This document shows, piece after piece, positions 1-10,758 of a stretch of DNA of 64,000 nt. The stretch comes from a virus. The DNA lies in IMG/VR virus record IMGVR_UViG_3300025118_000005, positions 1 to 64,000 of that record; one strand, given 5' to 3'. The stretch's first letter is position 1, and each line of letters starts with the position of its first letter. The notes under the pieces were generated by a model. It was not told where the DNA came from and ran no database searches. It saw only the letters and a list, made by a program, of their open reading frames with translations. The position numbers and the translations under genes were made by a program.

Positions 1-186
1 GGAATTGAATCGAATCAGATGCACTTTAGAAATGACAGATATACAATTTTTGAAAATCATTTGGAAGGGTGTGAATTTCCAAATATGGACGAAATAGAAA
101 ACAATTACCTCGTCTTGCCGCTTCATCATAAGATGAGCGAAGATGATGTTGTAAGAGTATGCGAGCAAATAAAGAAAGGTTGGTAA
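1..186 (+). CDS. C-terminal fragment of a DegT/DnrJ/EryC1/StrS-family sugar aminotransferase (truncated by window edge)
   Basis: Frame 1 reads GIESNQMHFRND...NYLVLPLHHKMSEDDVVRVCEQIKKGW*. The LPLH..MS.EDV tail is typical of DegT-family C-termini. Absent from the ORF track. Confidence 0.7.
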   Translation, partial: GIESNQMHFRNDRYTIFENHLEGCEFPNMDEIENNYLVLPLHHKMSEDDVVRVCEQIKKGW

Positions 187-191
187 ATAAA

Positions 192-494
192 ATGAAAACA
201 TTTATTGTAGAAGGTAACGGTTGGGAACGAGCAATAGACATTGATGACTCTACTTACGAAAAGTACGGAGACATGGGAATGGAGGCGATGACCCAAGCAC
301 TTGAACAAGTAAAGAAGGGTGAAGAAGAAGCAAACTTTGGATTCATCCTCATGGCTTATGAAAATGGCTTTAAGGGTGATGACCAAAAAACGATTGCGTG
401 TTTAACCGAAATCGTATTAAGAAATGCGGGTTATTATGAATTGGCAGAGCAAGCCAGAAAAGAGGCTCGCAGATTAATGCAGGGTGGAGACTAA
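192..494 (+). CDS. hypothetical protein
   Basis: ORF following the upstream stop; start moved to ATG 192. Confidence 0.6.
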   Translation: MKTFIVEGNGWERAIDIDDSTYEKYGDMGMEAMTQALEQVKKGEEEANFGFILMAYENGFKGDDQKTIACLTEIVLRNAGYYELAEQARKEARRLMQGGD

Positions 495-725
495 TTAAAA
501 TTATTAAAATGAAATCATTTGCGAAGCCCTTAATAGAAGGTAAGTGGAAAGTATATGTAACCGATGATGATTATGATACTTATACTACTATACTAGATAA
601 ACATGAACCCCCATCAGGTAGAGAGATGGAAGATTTATTTAAGAAAGACAAGGATAATTTTAGAGAAGCATATTAATTGACAAAAAGTGCTTGACTTAAC
701 ATCGGACATCCCTCATAATAGGAGG

Positions 726-1475
726 ATGCAAGCACAACTCGACTTTATCGGAACCCCGCAAGTAAAAAAAGTGGGTCAGTATCAGTTCCCTTTATGGGAC
801 AACAAAGGCAAACCTACAAAGATTCGCAATGATGTAGATTTCAGCAAGGTCGATGCCTTATTTAACTCTTTTGATATGAAAGAGGTTTCCGATTACAAAC
901 TTTATTGGGAGGGAATCAAGCCAAAGAACGATACAGAGATGTTTCAGCGTTGGCTATTCGCTTTCATGTCCGTCCATACCAGTTGGGAATCCAACGTGCG
1001 AGGATACCTCGCGGTTAAGGATTGGACTAAATGGGTAAACCGCGACGATGAGCTTGAACGACTACTCGTAGAGAGTCGAGTAGGCTTGCATAAAAATCGT
1101 ACAAGATTTGTCTCGCAGTTTGCCCATCACTTTTGGAGCAACCCCGAAGAATATAAGTATGATGGAGGGAACTGGCAAGAGTTCCGCAACAAGTTAGTGA
1201 AGAAGATACTTGGACTTGGGATTGCGAAGGTATCATTTGGATTTGAAATGATTTATCCTAATGAAGCGGAAGTGACCTGTATGGATACTCACCTCTTTCA
1301 AGCGTATGGACTCGACCAGAGTAAAGACGCTACGAGGTATATGGAGATTGAGAATTATTGGCTGGATATGTGTCGTATGTGGAATGTGCCGTCTACGATT
1401 GCCCGTGCAATCTTGTGGGACAGGAAGCAAGACCAAGCTGATAGCAGATATTGGACTTATGTATTGGAGAATTAA
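726..1475 (+). CDS. HhH-family DNA glycosylase/AP lyase (8-oxoguanine glycosylase-like)
   Basis: HhH motif ILGLGIAKVSF followed by CMDTH (catalytic Lys/Asp pattern). ATG 726 lies 7 nt after a -10 box (TTGACT 691, CATAAT 714). Confidence 0.7.
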   Translation: MQAQLDFIGTPQVKKVGQYQFPLWDNKGKPTKIRNDVDFSKVDALFNSFDMKEVSDYKLYWEGIKPKNDTEMFQRWLFAFMSVHTSWESNVRGYLAVKDWTKWVNRDDELERLLVESRVGLHKNRTRFVSQFAHHFWSNPEEYKYDGGNWQEFRNKLVKKILGLGIAKVSFGFEMIYPNEAEVTCMDTHLFQAYGLDQSKDATRYMEIENYWLDMCRMWNVPSTIARAILWDRKQDQADSRYWTYVLEN

Positions 1476-1614
1476 GAATGTTATTTAGATACGAACACGC
1501 CGCCCGAACTTGGGCATATCAACAGAAGCAATGGTATGGCAGAACAGTCAAAGTCATTGAGATTAAGGAAACTCCAGAAGGAGCAAGGTGGAAAGTATTA
1601 AATTAATTAAAATT

Positions 1615-2814
1615 ATGAAACTAGATACACTATACAAAAAAACCACAATCGGTAAGACCCAAACTTGGGAAATTGAAGTGAGCGGGAATAAATTCCGCAC
1701 AATATCGGGACAATCAGACGGAAAGAAAATCACGAACAAGTGGACGATATGCGAAGGTAAGAATGTGGGAAAGAAAAACGCTACCACTGGTGCAGAACAG
1801 GCACTAAAGGAAGCTGAAGCAAAGCACAAGAAAAAGCTGGAGGCTGGATACCACTTGAATCTCAAGAATATCAGCGAGAAGCGTTTCTATGAGCCTATGC
1901 TTGCACAGGATTTCAAGAACAAGAATCGTCAGAAGGAAGTAACAAAGAACCTTGACGACCAGTTAGATGGAGAAGCGATTTTTTCGCAACCCAAGCTAGA
2001 TGGCATACGTTGTATCGCCATGCGCGAAGGATTGTTTACTCGCACTGGTAAGGAAATCGTTGCCGTGCCTCACATTCACGAAGCACTAGAACCCTTCTTT
2101 GAGAAGTATCCTAATGCTGTTCTTGACGGTGAGTTATACAATCATGCTTACAAAGATGATTTCAACAAAATCATTCACCTAGTTCGCAAGCAGAATCTTA
2201 CTGAAGAACATTTGGCAGAGAGCAAGAAGATGATTCAATATCATATTTATGATGCGCCAGTGATAGGTAAGGATAATCCATTCCGTAAGGGTGGATGTTA
2301 CACAGAGAAGGACTATTTTTCGGACAGGACTTCTGTATTGGATGCACAGTTCGCTAATTTAGGAATAGATGGTCGTTCACTTCATGGAGAGCCTAATCCC
2401 CTTGTTATCGTTGAGACTATCGAAATCCTTGGTAGGGAACAGCTAGACCGTTGCTACGAAGATTATGTAGAAGCGGGATACGAAGGGCAAATGATTAGGC
2501 TCGATGGGCCTTACGAGAATAAACGCTCACCGAAGTTACTCAAGCGCAAAGAATTTATAGACAGGGAATATACAATCCTTGGTTACGAGGAAGGCGAAGG
2601 CAATCGTGCGGGAACAATCAAGCATTTCAAATTTGAGAATGAACATGGTAGACCTTTTAGTTCAAACGTCAAAGGTTCATTTGAATATCTGGCAGATTTG
2701 CTAGAAAAAGCAGATGATTTAATAGGAGTGGAGGCAACGGTTAAGTTCTTTAACCTTACGCCTGACGGTGTGCCTCGCTTCCCTTACGTCATTGCGATTA
2801 GAGATTATGAATGA
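1615..2814 (+). CDS. lig: ATP-dependent DNA ligase
   Basis: SQPKLDGIRC (KxDG), LDGELY, YEGQMIR, LLKRK and PRFP ligase motifs; extra N-terminal domain. Confidence 0.93.
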   Translation: MKLDTLYKKTTIGKTQTWEIEVSGNKFRTISGQSDGKKITNKWTICEGKNVGKKNATTGAEQALKEAEAKHKKKLEAGYHLNLKNISEKRFYEPMLAQDFKNKNRQKEVTKNLDDQLDGEAIFSQPKLDGIRCIAMREGLFTRTGKEIVAVPHIHEALEPFFEKYPNAVLDGELYNHAYKDDFNKIIHLVRKQNLTEEHLAESKKMIQYHIYDAPVIGKDNPFRKGGCYTEKDYFSDRTSVLDAQFANLGIDGRSLHGEPNPLVIVETIEILGREQLDRCYEDYVEAGYEGQMIRLDGPYENKRSPKLLKRKEFIDREYTILGYEEGEGNRAGTIKHFKFENEHGRPFSSNVKGSFEYLADLLEKADDLIGVEATVKFFNLTPDGVPRFPYVIAIRDYE

Positions 2815-2930
2815 GAATCTTCCACCTCCAAATTGGAGTCCTACTGGAGAAGAAGGCTATTGGGTCTGGAGGGATGAAAAATGGAAATGGTTGACTGACG
2901 AAGAATATAACAAACTAAAAGTAGAAGAAA

Positions 2931-3134
2931 ATGAATAACAAAGAACAAGAACGAAAAATTACGCTCGACCGATTGGTTGATGAGAAGTTCGGGGAGATAT
3001 TCTTTTTGGCAAAAGACGAATACGATATAGTAAACAACACTCCAGAAGAACAACAGTTATGGGATATGTTAGAAAGATTCAAGGAACTTTTGAAAAGGAA
3101 ATGTAAGCACCACTTTCAAAATGATGAGGATTAA
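2931..3134 (+). CDS. hypothetical protein
   Basis: Small ORF in a tightly packed run; stop/start overlap with the next ORF. Confidence 0.55.
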   Translation: MNNKEQERKITLDRLVDEKFGEIFFLAKDEYDIVNNTPEEQQLWDMLERFKELLKRKCKHHFQNDED

Positions 3135-3331
3135 TGATTGTTAAGATTAAATTAGATGATTGGGCGAAGAAGAAACTCAAGAACCGTATGGGGTTGAAGA
3201 TGTTGGGTGGAGGCGAATTAAGCGTACCAGAATTGCTCATCTTGTCTTTGATAGAAAAAGAAGATGGAGACACAGTGGACTTGACCGAAGAAGCGGGTAA
3301 GTTGCAAAAGGCTTTAGATAGATACAGTTAA
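3134..3331 (+). CDS. hypothetical protein
   Basis: TAATG overlap with the previous ORF. Confidence 0.6.
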   Translation: MIVKIKLDDWAKKKLKNRMGLKMLGGGELSVPELLILSLIEKEDGDTVDLTEEAGKLQKALDRYS

Positions 3332-3335
3332 AATT

Positions 3336-3692
3336 ATGAAACTAAAATGGGAAAAAAACACACGGGTAATGGACTTGGTAAATCAAGGTAAGATTGATTT
3401 CGAGGACGTAATACCACGAACACAAACCGCAAACTTCCCTTATGAGATGGCAACCGTAAGGTTAGCAAAAGTAAGGGAAAAGTATCCTTTTGTCACGGTT
3501 CACATTCGCGGCAAGGCTACGAAGTCTCAATGGGGAATCTACTACGGCCCAACTTGTCGAGTGAACTTTGGAGGTTCATGGCAAGGGAAGGCTAACAATT
3601 TTATGGACTCAAATGGACAGTTGGAAGAAGGCTTAACTTGGCTTGACGTACACAACGTAGTCGAGCGTACAAAACAAGCACTTGGAATCTAA
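3336..3692 (+). CDS. hypothetical protein
   Basis: 118-aa ORF with the AATTATG start context shared by neighbours. Confidence 0.65.
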   Translation: MKLKWEKNTRVMDLVNQGKIDFEDVIPRTQTANFPYEMATVRLAKVREKYPFVTVHIRGKATKSQWGIYYGPTCRVNFGGSWQGKANNFMDSNGQLEEGLTWLDVHNVVERTKQALGI

Positions 3693-4267
3693 TTAAAATT
3701 AATTAAAATGGGATACAAAATACCAGACCTAAAAGAAGATATAAAAGAAGAAATCGAAAAATGGTTTCAGACTTACGGCCAAGTGCAGATAGGCGAAGAA
3801 TGTATTGAGCCAATCCACGATATTATAGACGAGCAATTTGAAAAGATAGAACGATGAGGAACTACGAACTGATAAAAAAGATTTGGAAAATCGGCAACAT
3901 GAAGTCGCCTTCATCATCGACCAAGTTGATAGCGATTGAAAATCTTATTGAAAAGCATCGTCCCGAAATAGCGGGGAAGCTACCCACACATGAAAGTTTG
4001 ATGGAAGAAATGAGGAAATACCCTCACAGAGATAACCACATGGACTAAAAATGGAAGAACAACCGACAAATTTAACGCTAGTAGCGGAGACATTAGATAT
4101 TGCCAATGAGCATGGTATGGCAGCAGAAGTAATGTGGAGTGCGCTCACGATGGCGGCAGAAGCAAATGAGCATGGGCAAACTATGGAACAAGTATTGTCA
4201 GCAGCATTGAGCGAATGGGATATTTAGTCATTGACACAAAATAGGAAACCGAATAAGATTACAGAAG

Positions 4268-4516
4268 ATGACTGATAAAGAAATACTAGGAACGATACAT
4301 CGTTGGATTAGCTTGGCAAATAGTCGAGATGAAAATCCTGACCACACTCGCCAACGCCTCAAGGACTTTCAAGGTTTCATTGAGCAGGAGTGGCAGAAAC
4401 AAGATGAGATGGAAGATACTACGTTTAGCAAGAATTGGTACACGGATGCCCGTGACATGGAACGACATCGTGGATTGGAAATCGGGCCTGACGGCACAGT
4501 AACGGAGGGCAAATGA
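4268..4516 (+). CDS. hypothetical protein
   Basis: Just downstream of promoter TTGACA 4231 / TAAGAT 4254. Confidence 0.6.
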   Translation: MTDKEILGTIHRWISLANSRDENPDHTRQRLKDFQGFIEQEWQKQDEMEDTTFSKNWYTDARDMERHRGLEIGPDGTVTEGK

Positions 4517-4887
4517 ACTTTACCGTAGAGAAAATCGAAGGTGAATACTATGTAAGTGATAACGGTGATATGTATGGGCCTTTTAATACTTACAAAGAAG
4601 CAACTAATTTTATGGAAGAACAAATAGGCTTATTATACGAGCATGGTGCAATGAGTGAGATGGCAGACGATAACCATTACAGAGAATAAAATGAAGAACT
4701 TATTTATTATTTTAATTATTTTAATTACGGGTTGTCAGTCTACGCCAAGAACGATTGACGAAATCATGCCAGACGAGAAGTATCAACTACTCCACATTGC
4801 AGAACAGTGGGCATACAAAAGCGTCACAAAAGAAGATTATACCATAGAAGAAAGTTGCTCGACAAAGGGCTAAAAGAATAGTATATT

Positions 4888-5094
4888 ATGAAAACGGTTA
4901 AGAAGAATAAGACCATCAAGCGGGTATCAGATACCCAAGCAGAGTCTTTAACTAAAAAGGGTTGGAAATACTGCCCTAAATCTGAATGGCGAGAGAAAGT
5001 GCGAGACGCTAAACCAGCAGAGACTAAAAAGAAAGTAAGTAAGAAAAAAAATGAGCGGAAGCCAAAAACAAGAGCAAAAGCAACGCCTAGATAG
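4888..5094 (+). CDS. small basic hypothetical protein
   Basis: Lys-rich ORF with a GWKYCPKSEWR motif. Confidence 0.6.
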   Translation: MKTVKKNKTIKRVSDTQAESLTKKGWKYCPKSEWREKVRDAKPAETKKKVSKKKNERKPKTRAKATPR

Positions 5095-5414
5095 GATGTT
5101 GAGTAACAGTCTCCAAGAGACTCTTGAGCGTAAAGCCCAATACTATAAGAAGTATGGGATGGAGGTTCAAGCCAAGAAGGTTCGCGCCTTCAAGAAGCAA
5201 GTGCGAGAAATGGTAGGTGCTTTATGAGTGACGTTAACCGACAAAACCGACTGCGCGGCAAATATAGACAATGCCTTCAACAACCATTAGATAATCCAGA
5301 AATTCCGAATAAGAAAGATTGGTGGCAGGAAATCTGCGATGCGGCGGGAGAAAAGAATCTTTGGGCTAAAGATAAAGAAAAGAAAAAAACTAATTAAATT
5401 AATTAAAATTATTT

Positions 5415-5654
5415 ATGAGTCAGCGTGTAGAAAATCTTCACAAGAGAAGAAAGAAGCTCGGATTAAGTATTTACAGATACTATCATGCTTTCATGGTCGG
5501 TTATGCAGACAAGGGACTGAGGTGGAAGGCGAGTCCCTATAAGCAAAAGAAGTTAAATGCTGCTTATTGGGAAGGCAGGAGAACACGCTACGATTACAGT
5601 GCTTTGAACGAAAATGAATTAAGTGACAGAAAGTGCTTGACTATAAGACGGTAA
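5415..5654 (+). CDS. hypothetical protein
   Basis: ORF after an AT-rich spacer. Confidence 0.5.
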   Translation: MSQRVENLHKRRKKLGLSIYRYYHAFMVGYADKGLRWKASPYKQKKLNAAYWEGRRTRYDYSALNENELSDRKCLTIRR

Positions 5655-5688
5655 TCCATTAAACTAGGGATAGACATTAAGAAAACCT

Positions 5689-7959
5689 ATGAAACCTATA
5701 ATCAACAAGCAATCTATTAAATCCAGCGGAGTCCAAAAGTCTGTTTCTTTCGGAATTAAATCCTCTGGACTGCATCACATCCTCGGAATCCTCCGTAATC
5801 AACTTTACTCGGATAAGATTCTTGCGGTCATTCGCGAATACTCCTGTAATGCGGTTGACGCTCATACGGAAGCGGAACATTCAGACCGTCCTATCGAAGT
5901 AACCGTCCCGACTCGCATGAGCCTGTTCTTCAAGGTTCGTGATTTCGGCCCAGCACTTTCAGAGGACGAAATTTCAGACGTTTATGCTTTCTATGGTGAG
6001 TCTACCAAGCGAGGCAGCAATGACCAGATTGGTATGTTGGGCATAGGTTCCAAAGCGGCATTTGCCTATGGAGACAATTACGTTATTAATTCTTTCCTAG
6101 ACGGCACAAAGTATATTTACAACGCCTTCATTGACCCCTCGCAGATTGGTCAAATCTCCAAAATCGGTGAGGAACCGACGAAGGAAGAAAATGGTATCGA
6201 AATCGTTGTGCCTGTAAACGGCGATGATGTCCAAGAGTTTTACGAAAAGGCGAAAGACCTATTTCGTTGGTTCAAAGTGACTCCAAAAATTAAGGGACAC
6301 ACTCAATTTGAATATGAGAATGAGGCACTCTTTGAAGCTGAAGGATGGAAATGGTTAGCCGAAAAGCGTGACCGTTATGATAAGGGTGAGGCAGTTGCGG
6401 TCATGGGAAACATTGGTTATCCTATTGACCTCTATTCTTTGGGAGAGTTTGACGAAGAAGAACAGCAGTTGAAGGAACTACTTTGCGGCAACCTCGTAAT
6501 GAAGTTCGACATTGGCGATTTGGAAATCTCAGCATCACGCGAAAAACTCCAATATACTGAGTACACAAGGAAGAATATAAAGAAGAAATTGAAAACCGTT
6601 TCTGATGAGCTTATCAGCGTCATCAGTAAACAATTCAATGATGCTAAAACGCTATGGGATGCAAAGTGCCTCATGGGTTCTATATTCGACATGGCGAGTA
6701 ATCTCTATAACTTGCGTAATTTCGTAGCAAAGAATATGAAATTCAAAGGTAAGAAGATCGGTGAATCTCATATTAATGGTTACTATCAGCATACCAAAGA
6801 TGCCAAAGGTAATTGGGTAGAATCCGAAACGGTTGAGATGTTTAATTGGGTTAAATCATGGCGAAGCGCAAAGTATAAGAAAACAGAGACTCACAACATT
6901 GAAGCGGCGAAGAACGTAGTGGTTATTGAGAATGACCAAGGACATTACCGTGGAATTATGGGCAAGATTCTCCCTATCCTTCTGGAGAAGGAGCAGAAAC
7001 CTTTCTTGGTTAAGTTTAAGGACGCGAAAGAGAAAAAGCGTTGGCTTGATTATTCTGGTTTTGATGGCAAGATGCTCAAATTGTCAGAGATGGAAAAACG
7101 TCCATTGTCAGACTTTGCGGGATACTCTGCTGCTCCTGCTGGTTCGGGAGTGGGTGAGAAGAACAAAAAGCACTCTGCAAAATGCTTCTCGTTCAAATTC
7201 GACCATGCTGGTCACAGTTGGGACAGAAAGAAGTCTGCTTGGTGGAAGATTGCCGAAGTAGATGTAGCCAACGACAAGGGAGTGTACGTTATCCTTGACG
7301 CTTTCAACATTGAAAAGAAGGTGAAGGGTCATCACGATATGTACGAAAATCCGCACAGTCTCAAGCAAGTTAAAGAGGCTTTTGACAAGGCTAAAATCCC
7401 CTTCCCGAAAGAGGTTCACGGTTTCAAGATTAAGAATCGTAGTGACGTAGAAGGCAAGGAGAACTGGATGAGCTTTTGGGATTACGTTCGGGTTACTCTC
7501 CAGACTCAACTGGAAGAAGGTAACTATGAACAGGCATGGGCCGATCTCTTGGAAATCAAGGAATTGGAGAACTGTCGTGACTTCACCGAGGACTATTGGA
7601 ATTGGGACGCAAAGGGTCTATGTGCCGCTTTAAGCCAACGTAAAGACGAACTGGCACTCAAGGACGTAGAAGGGTCTGCACACGCTTTAGCGAGCAATTA
7701 TGGACGAATGAAGGCACTCTCTGATGATGTTGCCGTTCAAAGTATCAAAGACCTCTGCTCCTCTCATGGAGTCAAGGTGAACATTAAGACGCAACCCTCG
7801 TTTTCGCTGGTAAAGGGACTCAAAGCAGTTTTGAAACGCTACGAAATGTTGGAAGATATATCGTCTACGGTCTGGCGTAACAGTAAGACCAAAAGTATGA
7901 AAAGCCTAGTCAACTACCTAAACTTGGTTGACGTTTGTAACAACAATCCTCAAACATAG
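5689..7959 (+). CDS. rIIA: rIIA-like protein (N-terminal GHKL/HATPase domain)
   Basis: LYSDKILAVIREYSCNAVDAH, VRDFGPAL, YGESTK, IGMLGIGSKAAFAY and SASREKLQY match T4 rIIA family motifs; rIIB-like gene nearby. Confidence 0.88.
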   Translation: MKPIINKQSIKSSGVQKSVSFGIKSSGLHHILGILRNQLYSDKILAVIREYSCNAVDAHTEAEHSDRPIEVTVPTRMSLFFKVRDFGPALSEDEISDVYAFYGESTKRGSNDQIGMLGIGSKAAFAYGDNYVINSFLDGTKYIYNAFIDPSQIGQISKIGEEPTKEENGIEIVVPVNGDDVQEFYEKAKDLFRWFKVTPKIKGHTQFEYENEALFEAEGWKWLAEKRDRYDKGEAVAVMGNIGYPIDLYSLGEFDEEEQQLKELLCGNLVMKFDIGDLEISASREKLQYTEYTRKNIKKKLKTVSDELISVISKQFNDAKTLWDAKCLMGSIFDMASNLYNLRNFVAKNMKFKGKKIGESHINGYYQHTKDAKGNWVESETVEMFNWVKSWRSAKYKKTETHNIEAAKNVVVIENDQGHYRGIMGKILPILLEKEQKPFLVKFKDAKEKKRWLDYSGFDGKMLKLSEMEKRPLSDFAGYSAAPAGSGVGEKNKKHSAKCFSFKFDHAGHSWDRKKSAWWKIAEVDVANDKGVYVILDAFNIEKKVKGHHDMYENPHSLKQVKEAFDKAKIPFPKEVHGFKIKNRSDVEGKENWMSFWDYVRVTLQTQLEEGNYEQAWADLLEIKELENCRDFTEDYWNWDAKGLCAALSQRKDELALKDVEGSAHALASNYGRMKALSDDVAVQSIKDLCSSHGVKVNIKTQPSFSLVKGLKAVLKRYEMLEDISSTVWRNSKTKSMKSLVNYLNLVDVCNNNPQT

Positions 7960-7969
7960 AGGAAAAAAG

Positions 7970-8010
7970 AGGGAGCGTGAGGGTTTAGTAGGTTTTTCCC
8001 TTGCGCTCCC
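7970..8010 (+). terminator. GC-rich hairpin after rIIA
   Basis: GGGAGCGTGAGGG...CCCTTGCGCTCCC inverted repeat; no clear U-tract. Confidence 0.5.
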
Positions 8011-8056
8011 TAAACTAAAAAGTAAAAACTCAATTTAATTAATTTTAATTAGAAAA

Positions 8057-8482
8057 ATGAAACAAAACGAATTATCACCATTTGAGAAACTTGAAGTAGC
8101 TTTTCAGAGTCACAAGTTCTACCATCATCAGTGTGCAGACTTGGAAAAGAAACTATCAACCAGCATAGACAAAATTTTTCAATCTAATGAAGATATGCCT
8201 TCAAAAAAAGACTGCTCTAAAACGATAGAGATGGTTAAGAAGCTATTGACCTTATCGAATAAGTATATTCAAGAAACAACAACTATCATAAATCAATTAG
8301 ATGAGCTTCCAAAAGAAGAAAAACAACAGAAAAAAGAATTTATCAAAGCGATGAAGATACAGTTGCTTTCTCTTGGGAAACGACAATCCTCAATTCATGC
8401 GAGAGTAGAAGAAATTAAAGCGATGATTGTTGAAATGTACGACATGGATGGAAACGGAGATGAGTGGAAAAGTGGACGATAG
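8057..8482 (+). CDS. hypothetical coiled-coil protein
   Basis: 141-aa helical, charged ORF between rIIA and rIIB. Confidence 0.65.
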   Translation: MKQNELSPFEKLEVAFQSHKFYHHQCADLEKKLSTSIDKIFQSNEDMPSKKDCSKTIEMVKKLLTLSNKYIQETTTIINQLDELPKEEKQQKKEFIKAMKIQLLSLGKRQSSIHARVEEIKAMIVEMYDMDGNGDEWKSGR

Positions 8483-8558
8483 ATACTTTTTAGCAAAAAT
8501 TAGCTTGCACCCAAACCGGAAACAAACTACAATAGAAAGATAGGAGAAACAAAAACTT

Positions 8559-9383
8559 ATGATACCACACATATTAACAGAAAATAGCCTGACCGTGGTG
8601 ATAAATGGTCAAGCTCAAACCATGAACAGTGACCATCCCGCTTGGGAACAGGCGAAGGATGCACTCAAGGGTTCCGATTGGGACAGGCTTGAGAAGTTGT
8701 TCGATGTTTCCCATGCGGTTGAGGATTACCTTGACCAATCGGCTAACATTGAGGTCAAGGATGGAAATGTCTTTTACAAAGGCGAGTCCGTTCACAACTA
8801 TTGCGTGGATAAGATTTTGGACTTCATGCGCCAAAGTCTCCCGTATCAACCACTGGTAAAATTCCTTGGTAAGCTGATGGCAAACCCATCACGCCGCGCC
8901 ACAGAGGAACTTTATCGGTTCTTGGAGCATAAGAATATGCCCCTTACGCCCGAAGGTAATTTCCTTGCCTACAAAGGCGTGAACCACGACTTCACCGATA
9001 AGTGGAGTGGTAAGTGCAACAACTCTGTTGGACAGGTGTTAAGCATGATTCGCAACAATGTTTGCGATGATGCGAATGTCGGTTGTTCTGACGGGTTTCA
9101 TGCTGGTAGTTATGAGTACGCCAAGGGTTATGCCTCTGGTGGAGGCAATCTGATGATTGTGGAAATTGACCCATCTGATGTGGTCAGTGTCCCGCATGAT
9201 TGCGATTGCCAGAAATTGCGTACAGCCGAATATAAGGTTGTAGGACACATGGAGAGTATCGAAACTCCCCCTCTGGAAGATGGTATTAACTACGACTACG
9301 GTGATTTTTCCGATGAGGAAAATGAAGCGTATGCGGCTGGATACTCGCAAGCTCAAGATGATTTGCGTAGTCATCTGAACTAG
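8559..9383 (+). CDS. rIIB: rIIB-like protein
   Basis: NPSRRATEELYRFL, LTPEGNFLAYKGV, CSDGFHAGS and DVVSVPHDC..KLR are rIIB family motifs. Confidence 0.88.
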   Translation: MIPHILTENSLTVVINGQAQTMNSDHPAWEQAKDALKGSDWDRLEKLFDVSHAVEDYLDQSANIEVKDGNVFYKGESVHNYCVDKILDFMRQSLPYQPLVKFLGKLMANPSRRATEELYRFLEHKNMPLTPEGNFLAYKGVNHDFTDKWSGKCNNSVGQVLSMIRNNVCDDANVGCSDGFHAGSYEYAKGYASGGGNLMIVEIDPSDVVSVPHDCDCQKLRTAEYKVVGHMESIETPPLEDGINYDYGDFSDEENEAYAAGYSQAQDDLRSHLN

Positions 9384-9390
9384 ACTCAAA

Positions 9391-9430
9391 GGGAGCGGGG
9401 CGATAGATAATCAAACCCCGCTCCCCCTTT
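9391..9430 (+). terminator. hairpin/terminator after rIIB
   Basis: GGGAGCGGGG...CCCCGCTCCC followed by CCTTT; same outer stem as the rIIA hairpin. Confidence 0.55.
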
Positions 9431-9545
9431 CTAATTTTATTAATTAAAATTACGACCAATTAACTTAAACTTCATACCTAATTACATATAAATAGGAACC
9501 TACTTATGAATAAATTACAACCTTATAGATATAGCTTAATACATA

Positions 9546-9644
9546 ATGGAACTAATCCTATTCATACAAGTAGTAATTATTGTACTTTTTACTATTTTCA
9601 AGAGCGGAGACGGTGACGATAACTTTTTCGATGGTATGTCATAA
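9546..9644 (+). CDS. 32-aa predicted single-pass membrane peptide
   Basis: MELILFIQVVIIVLFTIFKSGDGDDNFFDGMS; below the ORF-track cutoff. Confidence 0.4.
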   Translation: MELILFIQVVIIVLFTIFKSGDGDDNFFDGMS

Positions 9645-9910
9645 TCGGAATTAGGGGGCTTTTGCCCCCTTTTTCCACACTTCCCCCCCTTTTCCCACAC
9701 TCTAGGTTCGACGAATGAGAGAGTCTAAATATAGCCTAGTGCCAAATATAACAAGAGAGAATAGTAGATAGAATAAAGGATTTACTTATTGTCATTTATT
9801 TTATGGGTCTGCACCAATTATATTTATTAAAATAAGCAGCTTGTTTTTATTCTATTTATATAAGTATTAGGGGCAAATCAAATATAATGTATTATAGTGT
9901 ATTTATCAAC

Positions 9911-10162
9911 ATGGCTAATTACCATAAAATTAAAGTAATTGATAAAAAATTAGGTAGGCAAAAGGCAGTAGGCCAAGCGTATTCTGATGCAAAGGTAATT
10001 GAAATAGACCCAAGACAAAGAAGTAAAGCATATTTAGATACATTAATACATGAGATGCTTCATGTCTATAATCCAGATTGGTCTGAAAGTAAAGTTACAA
10101 AAACTGCAAATGAAATGACTGATATTATCTGGAAGAAAAATTACAGAAGAATCAAAAGATAA
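9911..10162 (+). CDS. small HEXXH zinc metallopeptidase-like protein
   Basis: TLIHEMLH motif; GTGTA late-type motif at 9897. Confidence 0.65.
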   Translation: MANYHKIKVIDKKLGRQKAVGQAYSDAKVIEIDPRQRSKAYLDTLIHEMLHVYNPDWSESKVTKTANEMTDIIWKKNYRRIKR

Positions 10163-10485
10163 ATTAGCCGCCAATTAAAATTATTTTATTAATTAAATTA
10201 AGTTCGAACAGTTTGCTGCTTAAATATAGCAACTAGGTTCGAAGAGATTCACCGCGAAATATAGAGTATCGTCCACTATCTTATAGAATAACAGCCTTAA
10301 ATATAGTAGCCCCGATTTCCGGCCCGATGTCAAGCCTTTTTTTTCGCGTTAAAGAAAGTGATTTAGAAAATTATTCTTAATTATTTTGATTTTTTTTGCT
10401 TTTTTAATAATTTTATTGATTTTTTTTGTAGTGTATATTTTGTTATAGGCTTGACTTTATTTCGGATATAAAAGATAATTTTGTT

Positions 10486-10701
10486 ATGGCAAAAAAAGTA
10501 AAATTAGATGGTGAAACACTAAAGTTAGCTCGACGCTATGAGATGGCATGGCACAACCTATTCTACAAGAAAGCAAGAGGGATGCAGCAAATGATAATTG
10601 ACGAGCCTCATGGGAGGCACGCTAATGAATTAGCTAAGGAAGTAAGAAGGATGGCGGAGAACGAAGATATAGAGATAGAAGTAAGTGGGAAGATATATTA
10701 A
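10486..10701 (+). CDS. hypothetical protein (leaderless)
   Basis: ATG 7 nt after -10 box GATAAT 10474. Confidence 0.6.
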   Translation: MAKKVKLDGETLKLARRYEMAWHNLFYKKARGMQQMIIDEPHGRHANELAKEVRRMAENEDIEIEVSGKIY

Positions 10702-10758
10702 TTTTATTAATTTTATTAGCTTGACTCTAATTCGGAAACCGACTATACTGGTTAAAGA

